NCBI GenBank assembly: GCA_964016885.1
Contig: OZ024752.1
Coordinates: 39,370,001 to 39,434,000 of the forward strand
DNA from: Eledone cirrhosa
Taxonomy: Eukaryota
DNA: 64,000 nucleotides
Reading direction: 5' to 3'
A program made the position numbers and the translations under genes. Position 1 is the first letter of the stretch. Each line of letters begins with the position of its first letter. Below the pieces are notes generated by a model, which had not been told where the DNA came from, did not search any database, and worked only from the letters and a program-made list of their open reading frames with translations. Below, one piece after another: positions 1 through 64,000 of this stretch.

Positions 1-554
1 AAGGGACGTAACTGTGCTGCAAAACATGGCGTCCGACCCTCTACCGATACTGCCAATCCACCGAAATATGATTATAATGATATGATTATAATGATAATGG
101 TTGTTGTCACCATCATCATCATCATCATCATCATCATCATTGTTTAACATCCACTTTCCCTGCTAGCAAGGGTTGGATGGGTCTACATAGACCAAGTTTT
201 TATTTCATTTTTATAATCAAAGTGACTTCTCCCCATTTGATGAAAAGGGGATTCAATTCACAGCAGTCTACATTGAAACAATTTAACTTCTATCTTACAA
301 GCTATATTTAGTTTATTATATTAGCCACAGCCAATTTTTTTAAAACTTATTTATTGTGTCATGTAATAAATTATTTCTAGTCATTAATTTTTTTTTTTCC
401 CTCATCAATTTTTCATATTTGATTAAAAAAAAACAAAATCTTCTTTTGCTTTAGTAAAAGTTCTTGGCAAAACGAGTTAATAAGGTTTCTGATCAAACGA
501 ATACTTCGGGAGGAATTGTCTTGCCAAATCCTAAGCTAATATATTATTAAGTTT

Positions 555-945
555 AGGGTGGTGGATTGGCAGTATCGGTAGAGGGTTGGACGCCATGCTT
601 TCCAGCATAGTTACGTCCCTTTATGATCTGAGTTCAACTCCCGCCGAGGTTAACTTTGCCTTTCATCCTTACGGGGTCGATAAAATAAAGTACCAGTAAT
701 GCACTGGGTAATTGCCGGCCTTGTGCCTAACGTAGAAACAATTAGTAAGTTTAGGGCGGTGGATTGGCAGTATCGGTAGAGGGTCGGACGCCATGCTTTC
801 CAGCATAGTTACGTCCCTTTATGATCTGAGTTCAACTCCCGCCGAGGTTAACTTTGCCTTTCATCCTTACGGGGTCGATAAAATAAAGTACCAGTAATGC
901 ACTGGGATAATTGCTGGCCTTGTGCCTAACGTAGAAACAATTATT
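555..945 (+). mobile_element. two tandem tRNA-derived SINEs (family A, about 190 bp, Nin-like central domain)
   Basis: ggcggtggattggcagtatcggtagag...gagttcaa (B-box-like)...gcctttcatccttacggggtcgataaaataaagtacc; TSD attattaagttta; more copies at 3481, 18110-18790, 26586, 27750, 29253-29632, 45372, 56753, 58712. Confidence 0.85.
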
Positions 946-1902
946 AAGTTTATGCTTCAACATTGTATGCGTCTCTGTGTTAGTGGTTTCCTGTAGACAA
1001 CATCAGTGTTTGAAGACAGCTGCCCTACTCTTACCCTAATATGTTGTCTGCTTTGAGGCCCTGAGGGGGGTGGGGGTAGAAAAGACATTAACCCAGAGGA
1101 CAGTGTGGAAGACATGCTAGAACAGCTACTCCGCCTCATGGGGCTTACATCTGCTGACAGCCAACTCTGCATTATCATGGGAAATGTTGTGATGTCATGA
1201 ACCTTGGACTAACATATAAACTTCAAGTGGCATCTACAACACATCATCATCACCGTTGTTACATCCGTTCTTCCACGACGCTAGCATGGGTTAGACAGGT
1301 TGTCCTGTTGTGGGCAGTGTCCGGTCGGCTGACCTTGTCTTGCTCATACAGGAACTGATTCTGGCTTGATTTCTACAGCTGGATGCCCTTCCTAACACCA
1401 ACCTCATTTACAGTGAGTGTTGGGTGCTTTTTTGCCATGGCACCTCCATGACCACTTTTCAGTGGAATGATAAGGACCCTAGTCCCTATCATCTCATTTC
1501 TACAGCTGAGTAAACTGGAGCAATGTGAAATAAAGTGTCTTGCTCAAGGAAACAACACATCGCCTTGTTTGAGAATTGAACTCACAACCTTTCGATTACA
1601 AGCCCAATGCTCTAACCACTAAGCCATGCGCCTTCAACACAGACCATAATAAATAATAAAGTCGTCATTTTGGTGCCATGACAAAAAGTGCCCAGTCCAC
1701 ACTGTAAAATATTTGTGTTGGTGACATGACAAAAAGTGCTAAGTCCATAAGTCCACACTATAAAATGGTCATATAGGTGTCATGAGAAAAAGAGCCCAGT
1801 TCACACTGTAAAGTGGTTGTTTTGGTACCACAAAGCCTGTTGTCCAACGCCCTACTGATACTGCCAATCTACCACCCCTTGATAATAAAGATAACAACTT
1901 AC

Positions 1903-63481
<61,579 letters not shown>

Positions 63482-63483
63482 CT

Positions 63484-64000
63484 ATAATAATAATAATAAT
63501 AATAATAATGATGTTTTCTTTATTAACCACGAGGGTTGACACAAAGTATAACATTAAGGACAACACAGGACAATACAGGACGGTACAAATGGGCATTTCT
63601 GCGTGTAAAAATAACAAAAACAGAGGATGTAACAAAAAAAAAGAAACAATGAAAAATTCCCCAATGGGGGGAGACTTGCGAGGGTCGCTCGTGGAGAAAG
63701 CCCACAAAAAAGTCATGTTTACCCTGACCGCTAGGGCAAGTGGCCTCTCTTACAGTTTTCTTCCTACGATGCTACAGGCACACACTCAGGGCAGGCCCAT
63801 TTACACGAGCTATTCCTGCCTCTCTCACCCACCTTTCAACAAACTAGCAGGAAGGTAGCACTTCCCTCTCCACCCTGATTTTCCTTTTCAGGTGAAACCT
63901 GAAAAAGTTAATGAGGGTGTCACCGAAGAGAAAAGTACCCGTCCTCAATCTTTTCAGACACGTCCACCATACGATCTCTTTTACCATGGCCACCAGGCAG
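63484..64000 (-). mobile_element. L1/Tx1-like LINE 3' end with AATAAA and (ATT)n tail
   Basis: Minus strand CLVAMVKEIVWWTCLK...LINFFRFHLKRKIRVEREVL..*FVERW, 3' UTR, AATAAA, (ATT)n; related 3' UTR at about 45650-45900. Confidence 0.65.

Noticed and set aside
957-1178. 73-aa minus-strand ORF as the next PRKDC exon
   Set aside because: Does not resemble the expected RNFWS...RLP segment; origin unresolved.

Overview
AT-rich, repeat-dense animal genomic DNA. The repeat complement (tRNA-derived SINEs, RTE LINEs with (GAT)n tails, Penelope-like fragments, TA microsatellites) suggests a cephalopod, probably an octopod; this is an inference. The whole window is an internal part of one minus-strand gene, PRKDC (DNA-PKcs). 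I traced 30 GT-AG exons by hand (63481 down to 1903, 3993 coding nt, about 1330 codons). They join in frame and match, in order, roughly residues 1160-2520 of human DNA-PKcs as I recall that sequence (HEAT/circular-cradle region, including the PQR segment). Most supplied ORFs are microsatellite or TE artefacts. The introns hold four things worth follow-up. (i) At least seven loci carry minimal type I hammerhead-ribozyme motifs in Penelope-like pLTR or fold-back elements beside (TA)n tracts; copies sense to the pre-mRNA occur only inside fold-backs. (ii) PRKDC splice sites have been duplicated three times: two SINE target-site duplications (one acceptor, one donor) and a 6x tandem array of an acceptor plus exon start. 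(iii) Two inverted hAT-MITE copies with independently expanded 1.6-1.9 kb minisatellites bracket a frame-neutral 12-exon block. (iv) Several satellites arose inside transposons. All structures were read by eye; no searches or folding programs were run.
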